From a virus: a DNA stretch of 64,000 nt. Numbering within the stretch: the first letter of the stretch is position 1; the number at the start of each line of letters is the position of its first letter. Positions 27,000-34,901 of this stretch are shown one piece after another. The notes below the pieces were generated by a model. That model did no database searches. It was not told the DNA's origin and saw only the letters and a list, made by a program, of their open reading frames with translations. The position numbers and the translations under genes are program-made. The stretch spans positions 43,824-107,823 of IMG/VR virus record IMGVR_UViG_3300006928_000001; one strand, written 5' to 3'.

Positions 27000-27295
27000 C
27001 ATACACACGCGGACGGCTAGACAGCCCCAGCAAGCTTTTTCTCTTTCTCTTGGTCTCTCTTATTTAATCACTCAGAGTATTTAAGTTAAATCTGATCAGA
27101 TGTCTGATATAGAATACAGTAACAGTATTATGTAATTGACCTCGAGAACAGTATCAGAACAGGTATCAGATATATAAGGTTGAATACTGTTACAGAAGTC
27201 GTAGTCTGAAGTGATACTTTCTGACCTTGTCTCGAGAAAGAGCAAGAGAAAGAGAAAGAGCTGGTTGGGGCTGTCTAGCCGTCCGCGTGTGTATG
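27000..27295. repeat. 61-bp inverted repeats flanking a 174-bp AT-rich core (candidate replication origin)
   Basis: 27000-27060 vs 27235-27295: outer 30 bp are a perfect inverted match; core has repeated TCTGA/TCAGA and an 11-bp inverted pair GTAACAGTATT/AATACTGTTAC. Confidence 0.85.
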
Positions 27296-27391
27296 AGGTT
27301 GGCGCCACAGACGGCAGAGTTGTTAATATCAGCATTCTGGGCCAGTTTCGGCCGTGTGGAACACCTAAACCCCAACCCTTGCCGTTGTGGT

Positions 27392-27772
27392 TTAGAAATC
27401 ACCCTCGATAATCCGGTGTCGGGCGATCTTTTTGGCATCATCAACATTGACGACGTCGTACTCGAAATCACCGTAGAAGTGCTGCCACTTCCATTCGTCG
27501 GTGTCGCGGTAGTGAATAACCACTACTCCACGGCGTTCGAAGTTGTCACTGAACGTCGCAGCCTCTCGGCCATCGCGTGGGCCTACCTTGATATGGACTC
27601 GGCTTATCGACTCTTCGAACGTGGAGACCAATTCGATATCATGGAGTGCCCTAGCGACAGCCTGGTGGACAGACTTTTCGTCGTCCGTAAGGGACTCTAG
27701 AGCAGCCTTTCGCTTGGCTTCGAGAGCCTTTTGAGTGGAGTCGATTTGGTTGGCGATGAATTCGTCGAACAT
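27392..27772 (-). CDS. Hypothetical protein
   Basis: GAGGTAA RBS. Confidence 0.65.
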   Translation of the reverse strand: MFDEFIANQIDSTQKALEAKRKAALESLTDDEKSVHQAVARALHDIELVSTFEESISRVHIKVGPRDGREAATFSDNFERRGVVVIHYRDTDEWKWQHFYGDFEYDVVNVDDAKKIARHRIIEGDF

Positions 27773-28110
27773 GGTTTACCTCTTTTGATTAGACTAATCA
27801 GTTTAATTATGCTATCTTGTGGACAAGTTTTGGCCTACGACTGGGTAGATTCGTTGGTATTCGTGAGTGGTCGAGTGGGGTCGATTGGTAGACTGGCTGG
27901 TCTTTTTATGAATTCGGATGGGCTTCGTGGACACTTTTTGGTCTACGAGGTGAGTTCTCGTTGTATTAAACCAGGCGGTCTATTAATGAGGTTCATAAGG
28001 TAGGCGCGCGGGCGATTTTGCGACTTGTCGTGCGGCCCTCGATCAACCATGCCCCAACCTCGCGCATCGTTTTTCGCACTCTCCACAGTCCAATTTCGCA
28101 CTCAACACAA

Positions 28111-28311
28111 TTACGCCTTGCCTCGGCGCGCCCTCCGATTGTGCGGCGGACGCCAGGCCGGCACCTCTTCGGGCCACCCCACCACGCACATCGCGAACAT
28201 CAACGCGTCAGGCCTCAGCTGAGGATGCTTGAGCTTCGCACGGTACATGTGGAGCACCCGACGGCTCTGACTCTCGCGAGAAAGAGCGTCGGTGATGATG
28301 ACATCAATCAC
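28111..28311 (-). CDS. Small basic protein
   Basis: GTGA overlap with the upstream ORF. Confidence 0.4.
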   Translation of the reverse strand: MIDVIITDALSRESQSRRVLHMYRAKLKHPQLRPDALMFAMCVVGWPEEVPAWRPPHNRRARRGKA

Positions 28312-28601
28312 TGCGACACCACAAAGTGCACCGTGGTGGGCACCCCACAAACATCGACGTTACTGTGCAGGTTGCCATGCGGAATAACCTTGGCGTATCG
28401 CTCGTGGTGACAGGACTCGAAGTCGAATGCCTCACCCACACCAGCCACGGCCAGAGCAAGGTTATGCTCGTCTCGCGGCCAGTGGACACGCATTCCGACA
28501 ACGCGGCCCTTTTCGTCCTCAGCAAGATCGAACTCAACGGTCAGCTCGATGCAGTAGTAAAAACCGAGGGCGATGAATGCGTTTTCAACTGGGTGAGTCA
28601 T
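28308..28601 (-). CDS. Hypothetical protein
   Basis: AGGAGGTAA RBS and TATACT box at 28618-28623. Confidence 0.65.
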   Translation of the reverse strand: MTHPVENAFIALGFYYCIELTVEFDLAEDEKGRVVGMRVHWPRDEHNLALAVAGVGEAFDFESCHHERYAKVIPHGNLHSNVDVCGVPTTVHFVVSQ

Positions 28602-28661
28602 GTTTACCTCCTATGATAGTATAACCCGTACGAGCTACGCTACCAGAGTTTTTTCGAAAAT

Positions 28662-28904
28662 CTATTCGAATGAACCGTGCATCACGGTAATGTACCACAC
28701 ACCGTCACCGTGCTTGACAAATCGAACCACACCGTTTGGGATGGTGGCTTCGTACGTCGAACAGTCAGCACGAATGCGTTCGAGCTTTGTGTAGTAACAC
28801 CGCTCAACATCAGCCTGAATGCCCGCAGCCTCTTCGGCTGAGAAGATCATCGTGAGACTGAGTTTGACACCGCGCTCAACAGACAGGATGGCTTGCCAGA
28901 ACAT
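28662..28904 (-). CDS. Hypothetical protein
   Basis: AAGGAGG RBS before MFWQA. Confidence 0.55.
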   Translation of the reverse strand: MFWQAILSVERGVKLSLTMIFSAEEAAGIQADVERCYYTKLERIRADCSTYEATIPNGVVRFVKHGDGVWYITVMHGSFE

Positions 28905-28929
28905 TGGTCTGTTCCTCCTTGAAAGAGTT

Positions 28930-29394
28930 CTACTTGCGCTCCCACGGCGGGCGGGTGTCACCACCAACCCAGTCGTGCTCGTACCGGTCCCGCATCCGAG
29001 CGATGGCCTCCACCGGCACACCGTGCGCGTTCCTGGCGGCCAGCTCTTCGTTGGACAGTCCACCGTCGAACATGTCGAGGACGTGCACCCGAGCACCGAG
29101 CTCTTCGGCGAGCTCCAGATAGGGCTGCATCTCCCAACGCTGGGTGAAGGTGTTCGAGACGATCGCCTTGCCATGACTAACAAGCGCCTGACGGGTCTTA
29201 CCAAGGCACCAGGCGTGCGCCTCGGGCAGCTTCTTCGGGTCGAAGTTGTACTCGCCAGTATCGCGGTCGACGAAGTACATGTCGGCCTCGACCATTTCGT
29301 GACCGAGCATCCCGGCCACGGTCGTCTTACCGACGCCCGAGAGCCCGCGGACGAGAATCAAGACCTTCTTACCAGAAAACTCAGTGTTGTCCAT
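28930..29394 (-). CDS. AAA_33 / NEDD4-BP2-like P-loop kinase
   Basis: RGLSGVGKTT, EADMYF, AHAWC, VSNTF, RNAHGVP. Confidence 0.85.
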   Translation of the reverse strand: MDNTEFSGKKVLILVRGLSGVGKTTVAGMLGHEMVEADMYFVDRDTGEYNFDPKKLPEAHAWCLGKTRQALVSHGKAIVSNTFTQRWEMQPYLELAEELGARVHVLDMFDGGLSNEELAARNAHGVPVEAIARMRDRYEHDWVGGDTRPPWERK

Positions 29395-29410
29395 GTTTAC
29401 CTCCTACGGT

Positions 29411-29440
29411 AGTGTAACACACTTTTCGAAGCTGTGTACA
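29411..29440 (-). promoter_or_regulatory. sigma70-like promoter
   Basis: TGTACA-18 nt-TACACT just upstream of the AGGAGGTAA RBS. Confidence 0.5.
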
Positions 29441-29457
29441 AACTTGTCGTGCTTTTT

Positions 29458-30276
29458 CTACAGAGGACGCACGTCCACATCATCACCGGTGATGCACGAC
29501 AGCCGTTCGCCATCATTTCCATGAAGCAAAACGTACATCTCCGTGTTGTACACATAGACCTCACGGTCTTCCTTCGTGTACCCACAGAGATCGAACACCC
29601 TCTTGCAGCCAGGGTCAGGATGGACCATGACTTCGGTGATGATCATCCGCTTGTTGCGGTGAATGACCACGTGGACCTCATCATCAATCCAGATCGGGTC
29701 GTCGTCCTCAAGGCACCCAGGGTCCACGAGCACCTTGGTCAGGTTACCCTGGTACACCTCGAGGAATTCTCGAAGCATCTCCCACTCAGTTGAGCCTGGC
29801 CCTTCGATCGGGTCGTCGTCAGACTGGACGTCCTCGGCGGCCTTCAGGCAGGACAGGGCCTCGTCGACATGCTTGAGCGAGTGGATCGCGTAGTCCGCGT
29901 AGTCGAACTCCTTGATGCCAACGTGGAGACCATTCAGCTCAGGCACGAGCTCTCCACCCATCGGAGTGCCCGATCCATCGCGTGGTCCCTCGGCTCTGTA
30001 TCCGAGCGTCTCGTCACTGGTGTTGGAGATGAAACCATCATCCCACTCAACCTCAGCGACGTAGGAGACGAACGACTCATCATCGATGATGTCGACTTCG
30101 ACACAGTCGATCAGCTTGCCAACCAGGTGTGGGTGCGATTCGCACTTCGTAACCCTCAGTTGGTACCAGGTAACACCCGCGGCGGTCGCTCCGTTCACTT
30201 CGACCTCCAGGCCGATCAGCCAGGAGCCGCGAACGTTGATGTCGGTCTTGTGATGAAATGCTCTGTTTTGTGTCAT
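29458..30276 (-). CDS. Acidic hypothetical early protein
   Basis: GAGGTAA RBS, GC3-rich codons. Confidence 0.65.
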   Translation of the reverse strand: MTQNRAFHHKTDINVRGSWLIGLEVEVNGATAAGVTWYQLRVTKCESHPHLVGKLIDCVEVDIIDDESFVSYVAEVEWDDGFISNTSDETLGYRAEGPRDGSGTPMGGELVPELNGLHVGIKEFDYADYAIHSLKHVDEALSCLKAAEDVQSDDDPIEGPGSTEWEMLREFLEVYQGNLTKVLVDPGCLEDDDPIWIDDEVHVVIHRNKRMIITEVMVHPDPGCKRVFDLCGYTKEDREVYVYNTEMYVLLHGNDGERLSCITGDDVDVRPL

Positions 30277-30299
30277 TTGAGTTACCTCTCTAGACTAGT

Positions 30300-30596
30300 T
30301 TAGAGACTAGACTTATTATCAATAGTAGGTTGCCACGAAGGTGTGGACGGACCCTCATGACCGGAATGGTCAGAGTGTTCCCAGTACGTCCCGTCCGGTT
30401 CGATCAAAGCGTTGTAACCTTGCTCTTCAGCCAGGTCGAGGGCAGCCGAGAAGGCCTCATCTTCGAAGTAGTCCGGGTAGCGGTCGACATCATCACCTCG
30501 AATCGGCGCGTCGTGCACTTCACCATCCGAGAGATGCAGGCGAACCGTGTCAGACTCGATTCGTTCGTACTTGACGACATGAAGCAGCTTGCTCAC
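30300..30596 (-). CDS. Hypothetical protein
   Basis: GGGGGT RBS, GTG start. Confidence 0.55.
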   Translation of the reverse strand: MSKLLHVVKYERIESDTVRLHLSDGEVHDAPIRGDDVDRYPDYFEDEAFSAALDLAEEQGYNALIEPDGTYWEHSDHSGHEGPSTPSWQPTIDNKSSL

Positions 30597-30748
30597 TTGG
30601 ACCCCCTGAACTGTCGCCAGGCCGAGACAAACAGGTTGATGAGCGCGAAGGTCACACTGACCATGCCAGCCAGGAGCATCAGGCAGGCGACCATGAACTT
30701 GACGAGCAGAAGGCCGATGGTCAGAACATTTTTGATGGTGTCGATCAT
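30593..30748 (-). CDS. Small membrane protein (not in ORF track)
   Basis: MIDTIKNVLTIGLLLVKFMVACLMLLAGMVSVTFALINLFVSAWRQFRGSK; GAGGTAA RBS. Confidence 0.55.
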   Translation of the reverse strand: MIDTIKNVLTIGLLLVKFMVACLMLLAGMVSVTFALINLFVSAWRQFRGSK

Positions 30749-30763
30749 GTTGGTTACCTCAGA

Positions 30764-31039
30764 CTAGTTGTTGAAGAAGTTGGCCACATCGGCCGAGTGA
30801 GCTCCCACATTGACCTTCATCTTGCCATTGTGGTTGGGCTGGTCATCCGTGAGATCAGCCTTATCGATACCATACAGGCTGCACAGGTCATTGGCTGTTC
30901 TCTCGCGCTCATCATCATTGAGCTCACGAGCTCCCAGACTCAGGCCGAGCAGGAAGGCCTTGCGTTCAGCCTTGGTGTTCAGTCGCTCGAGGTTGTCCTC
31001 GGCGAGCTTTCGGAAGGTCAGTCGGTCGAGCTTGGTCAT
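30764..31039 (-). CDS. Hypothetical early protein
   Basis: GAGGTAA RBS. Confidence 0.65.
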   Translation of the reverse strand: MTKLDRLTFRKLAEDNLERLNTKAERKAFLLGLSLGARELNDDERERTANDLCSLYGIDKADLTDDQPNHNGKMKVNVGAHSADVANFFNN

Positions 31040-31338
31040 TTGGTTACCTCTTCGGTTTGTTGGCTGGCTAGCCAGGTTTCTTTATCAATTTGGCCAATAA
31101 TCCGTTTCTTATACCAGAAACGGATTATTTGGTTTTTCTTATCGAATTCCGTTGTTACCCCAGCTTTATTTGCTAATTTAGCGGCGGGGTTGATTTGACG
31201 GATTTTGGCCCCTTTACGGTGCACCTTCCAAACGTCGGACGGGCCCCACCCTATAGAGGATGCGCCATTCTGGGCATTTTCTAGACCCCTTTCGGGGTCA
31301 TACTCGACGGTGGAAACCATAGGTACACACTTTATCAC
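31036..31338 (-). CDS. Basic hypothetical protein
   Basis: ATGA overlap with downstream gene. Confidence 0.5.
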   Translation of the reverse strand: MIKCVPMVSTVEYDPERGLENAQNGASSIGWGPSDVWKVHRKGAKIRQINPAAKLANKAGVTTEFDKKNQIIRFWYKKRIIGQIDKETWLASQQTEEVTK

Positions 31339-31366
31339 GGGTTGGTCGAAAACAGGGGCTATAAAC

Positions 31367-31412
31367 GAAATAACCCCGGTAAATAGCCAAAGGGCTAATC
31401 CGGGGTTATTTC
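31367..31412. terminator. Intergenic 13-bp hairpin
   Basis: GAAATAACCCCGG...CCGGGGTTATTTC with inner TAGCC/GGCTA; T-run follows on the + side. Confidence 0.65.
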
Positions 31413-31735
31413 TTTTGGTTTTTAATCAGGTTTCGGTTTTGCTGACGTTGCCTTTCTGCTAGTCGTTTGTGCAAATCCGAATGTTTGGAAACTTGGAATT
31501 TACCAGCGTTTGGGGCTGGATATTTCCTTTTCCATTCGATATCAGTTAGCCATTTACGGTCGTTAGCATCCCATGTCCATTCTAGAGATATTCTAGATTC
31601 TTTAATTGGAATCCATACCGTTTGCCCACTAGGGGCTTTCCACGGGAACCGTTTACCAGTCTTTACCCGATAAGTTAGGGTTCTGGTTTGGCCGTGGAAA
31701 GCCCCTATATATTCTGGTTTAGGCAATTGAGGCAT
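31406..31735 (-). CDS. Basic hypothetical protein
   Basis: TAATG coupling. Confidence 0.55.
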   Translation of the reverse strand: MPQLPKPEYIGAFHGQTRTLTYRVKTGKRFPWKAPSGQTVWIPIKESRISLEWTWDANDRKWLTDIEWKRKYPAPNAGKFQVSKHSDLHKRLAERQRQQNRNLIKNQKK

Positions 31736-31935
31736 TATGCCGCCAATTGGTCAAACCAAATTTTATCGAGTACGGCTGTTACCTCCATTTGGACGATATA
31801 GGTTAGCCAATCCTCCGGATGATACCAATCCTCCAAAAGTGGGGTTATATACTCCATTACAATCTCCCCATTATAGTACGCAATAAGTACACGTTCGTTG
31901 GGGTCGATATGGTCAATTTGGGCGACACTCCACAT
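31735..31935 (-). CDS. Small acidic protein
   Basis: GGAGGTAAAT RBS before MWSVA. Confidence 0.6.
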   Translation of the reverse strand: MWSVAQIDHIDPNERVLIAYYNGEIVMEYITPLLEDWYHPEDWLTYIVQMEVTAVLDKIWFDQLAA

Positions 31936-31965
31936 ATTTACCTCCAATTTGGGTTGGTTTAGAAA

Positions 31966-32015
31966 CCCAAATAGCCCTTGGATTAATCATATGACTAATC
32001 CAAGGGCTATTTGGG
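31966..32015. repeat. 20-bp perfect inverted repeat
   Basis: CCCAAATAGCCCTTGGATTA-N10-TAATCCAAGGGCTATTTGGG. Confidence 0.85.
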
Positions 32016-32047
32016 GCCCTAAGGCCCCACCAGATAACCAATCTGGT

Positions 32048-32452
32048 TTACTTTCCGAAGAAACTAGAGATAGCGTCTGCCATCTTTCCGGTGGTAGGGA
32101 TATCCAGGTTCATTCGGCCACCCCGTCCGGAGGTTACCGGGTAATGAGTAGAGTACTTCGGACGGTACTTATCCGGGTTACGGAATCGACACAGGTGGTG
32201 AGAAGCCGTCTTAGTAGACCCTTCCGGGTCGATGGTATCCAGGATAGACTGAATATCCTCGGTAGTACCCTTACCCAGCAGGATATCCCAGAATACTGCG
32301 ACGGTGTGTTCCTTGGTTTCCAAGGTGGAAAGGATAATAGCCGTACCCGTTTCCAGGTTAGGGGCTTCCTTACCGTACTTACGGTTAAGGTAATCGTTGA
32401 TTCCAGCGAGAGTAAGCTTAGAAGCGACGGCCTTAACGATATCGGTGGACAT
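32048..32452 (-). CDS. Hypothetical early protein
   Basis: GAGGTAAAT RBS before MSTDIV. Confidence 0.65.
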   Translation of the reverse strand: MSTDIVKAVASKLTLAGINDYLNRKYGKEAPNLETGTAIILSTLETKEHTVAVFWDILLGKGTTEDIQSILDTIDPEGSTKTASHHLCRFRNPDKYRPKYSTHYPVTSGRGGRMNLDIPTTGKMADAISSFFGK

Positions 32453-32487
32453 ATTTACCTCATTCTCTATTGGGGTTGGATTACCCC

Positions 32488-32524
32488 TATCAGTACCTAA
32501 CCGTTTGGTGGTTAGGTACTGATA
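32488..32524. repeat. 15-bp perfect inverted repeat
   Basis: TATCAGTACCTAACC-N7-GGTTAGGTACTGATA. Confidence 0.85.
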
Positions 32525-32555
32525 CCGGTAATCCATCCGGTAGCTATCTACTAGG

Positions 32556-32750
32556 TTAGTTCCAATAAATAGCGTTAGCTGCGTATACCCTATCGGTATA
32601 CTCACGTTGCTTACGGGTTAGGTGCCTAGTATGGTGATAGCTATTGGTTAGATTAAAGAACCAACCAATAAGTCTAAAGGAAGTGGAAGCTAGAAGGCTA
32701 GCCAAGGTGACTAGCCCAATAGCAGTAACGGTGATAAGGAAGCCTCTCAC
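32556..32750 (-). CDS. Small membrane protein
   Basis: N-terminal TM helix. Confidence 0.45.
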   Translation of the reverse strand: MRGFLITVTAIGLVTLASLLASTSFRLIGWFFNLTNSYHHTRHLTRKQREYTDRVYAANAIYWN

Positions 32751-32751
32751 C

Positions 32752-32835
32752 TTACCAACCTACCCAATACCGGGTAGACCGGTAAGAGAGATAGAGACCG
32801 ACCAACAGGACCAACATGGACATAAGACACAACAT
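32752..32835 (-). CDS. 27-aa hydrophobic peptide
   Basis: MLCLMSMLVLLVGLYLSYRSTRYWVGW with GGAGGTAA RBS. Confidence 0.45.
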   Translation of the reverse strand: MLCLMSMLVLLVGLYLSYRSTRYWVGW

Positions 32836-33234
32836 CTTCTTTACCTCCATTAGAACCATCGGTTAGCTAACCGTCCGATACAAGAGGACGGTTCGGTTAG
32901 TAACCGATAGCTCTAAGGGAGGGGCCACCCTAAAGGTGGCCAATGCCCAATACATATAGAGCTTTCAAAGAAGATGACCGCCGGGGCGTCCATCGCTCGG
33001 ATACCCCCTCTGGGGCCTCACCCATGCTACCCAAAAAATATTTTCATGATGTTTTCCAAACTGGTTTTCTAATTAATTAAAAAGAAAAAAATCTATTTCA
33101 AACTCACTTTTCCATTTCGGACCATCGACCCTCTCAATCCTCGTGCCGTCACACCGCACCCCAACGAACCTACGAACACCCTCCGCCTAAGCTATGAGGG
33201 TTACTATCCTTCCATCATGCAAGGAGTGCATAAT

Positions 33235-33462
33235 ATGGCCAGAGGACAAGTCATCAGAGGAACGATGGACGGCGGTAGCATGTCTGACGACACGGTGCCA
33301 GCATACGTCACGGTCTACTCAACTGACGACCAGGTGGGTAACATTCCTCTTGGTTCTGAAGTTGTCGTGATGCAGCTCAAAGACGTCGAGAACCTGTTGT
33401 CACTAGAGCTGCTTAAGCACACCGCTGCTGCGTCTTTCCTGGAGGAAATCATCAATGGATGA
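33235..33462 (+). CDS. Hypothetical protein
   Basis: AAGGAG RBS before MARGQ; first rightward gene. Confidence 0.6.
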   Translation: MARGQVIRGTMDGGSMSDDTVPAYVTVYSTDDQVGNIPLGSEVVVMQLKDVENLLSLELLKHTAAASFLEEIING

Positions 33463-33709
33463 CAAGCGAGTCTACATGTTTGACACAGCAATCGAAGACA
33501 ACGACCTTCGCAAAGACCTTGAGATGAAGGCCCAAGCAACCGGTCGAGAAGCCGTTTTTGGAACCCCTCCGTCGGATGCCCGACGATTCGATTCTCCTGA
33601 CGAGCTCCAACAGGCGCTCCTTGCAGAGCTGGAACGTCGGCCTGGTGAAAACAGGAAGCAGCATAGGAAGCGTCTTCGTGACATGCGAAGTAAGAGGAAC
33701 CGCAAATGA
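33455..33709 (+). CDS. Hypothetical protein with basic tail
   Basis: GGAGG RBS. Confidence 0.6.
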   Translation: MDDKRVYMFDTAIEDNDLRKDLEMKAQATGREAVFGTPPSDARRFDSPDELQQALLAELERRPGENRKQHRKRLRDMRSKRNRK

Positions 33710-34230
33710 GTACTTACACCATTCGCTGCAGCCGTTGTCAAGCTAGTACTCGAATTTCGAGAAACCACGTCGGTGACGTACATTGTTCTAGCTGTGGACA
33801 TCAGTTCTCGGTAGAGAACGATAATTTCAGCGAAATGTCTACGGAAGATTTGACACAGCTATTCAATGACCTTGAGCCAGCAGCAGCAGACTTTGTTCCT
33901 GGTACTGGTATGAGCATGGCTTCGGTTCTTCGCAGGAACGCGATTCTTGAAGAGCTACTTAAGCGGGCTAAGCAGGAAGTGCCATCTATCGGTGCTAAGA
34001 TTCAAGTTCTCAGTAAGGACCATGACGCTGGAGCATTCGAGTTGCAGGGCATGGAAGGCCGGTCAATTCCATGCAACATCAGGGCGTACCGTGATATTGA
34101 TGCGTCCGTCGAAGTCATGCTAACAATGGAAGTCAACAAGGGCGCAGACGTAATGTGGCGGCTAACCGCTGTCGGCGCACACCAGTTGATTACTGAATTG
34201 CAGTCTATCCTTGTGGAGATTACAGCGTAA
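33706..34230 (+). CDS. Zn-ribbon protein
   Basis: CSRC...CSSCG. Confidence 0.65.
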   Translation: MSTYTIRCSRCQASTRISRNHVGDVHCSSCGHQFSVENDNFSEMSTEDLTQLFNDLEPAAADFVPGTGMSMASVLRRNAILEELLKRAKQEVPSIGAKIQVLSKDHDAGAFELQGMEGRSIPCNIRAYRDIDASVEVMLTMEVNKGADVMWRLTAVGAHQLITELQSILVEITA

Positions 34231-34305
34231 CTGAAAAAATCCCCGACGCCGCACGGCGAAGGAACCTCCATCCACCAATAGAGGAAATCAAAAAGGAGAG
34301 GAGTA

Positions 34306-34656
34306 ATGTCTCGCACCAGAAGTCTTGAGGATCCGTTCACAGTAATGATGCCGCGGTTTCTCACTGTAGGCGAAGCAGTTTGGCTAGAGCGGCCGTGGCA
34401 CTTCGAGCTTATCAAGGAAAAGCGTAACCAAGCGTTTGGACTGCATCTAACTGGCTCTGCGCTGTGGGAACAGCAAAAAGTCACCATCCCGGGTGGTACG
34501 TTGCTTGTGGTTAAGCGGGTGTACATTCGTGCAGGAGCCCAAGCAGACTTTAACAGTGTGACGTTTCAGGTGAATCCAGGTCTGAAGAACACCAAGTTGA
34601 AGGGTCGCTTTTTCGTACGCCTTGATGACGTACACAACATGAGATTTTACCAGTAG
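34306..34656 (+). CDS. Conserved-type phage protein
   Basis: IPGGTLLVVKRVYIR..DFNSVTF...RFFVRLDD. Confidence 0.65.
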   Translation: MSRTRSLEDPFTVMMPRFLTVGEAVWLERPWHFELIKEKRNQAFGLHLTGSALWEQQKVTIPGGTLLVVKRVYIRAGAQADFNSVTFQVNPGLKNTKLKGRFFVRLDDVHNMRFYQ

Positions 34657-34664
34657 GAGGAGTA

Positions 34665-34901
34665 GTGCAGTCAGTTACAATACAATTTGAATACGAGACA
34701 CGTATCCTCACTGCCGAAGGCATCCAGGAAATGGAAAACGAGTCAGGATGGTCACTTGTGTCAGCCAGTGTGCTTGACCCAGATAAACATGAGCAATTCA
34801 TCAAATGGGTTTGTCTTGTAAGACGTCCCATTGTACGTAACACTTTGACGCTTGACGCAATTCGTGAAATGAAGAGGAGTCACTCCGATGAACAGTCGTA
34901 A
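34665..34901 (+). CDS. Hypothetical protein
   Basis: AGGAGGAG RBS. Confidence 0.55.
   Translation: MQSVTIQFEYETRILTAEGIQEMENESGWSLVSASVLDPDKHEQFIKWVCLVRRPIVRNTLTLDAIREMKRSHSDEQS

Noticed and set aside
27000-27295. IS/transposon call for the inverted-repeat element
   Set aside because: No transposase or recombinase seen in the window, no evident target-site duplication, single copy here
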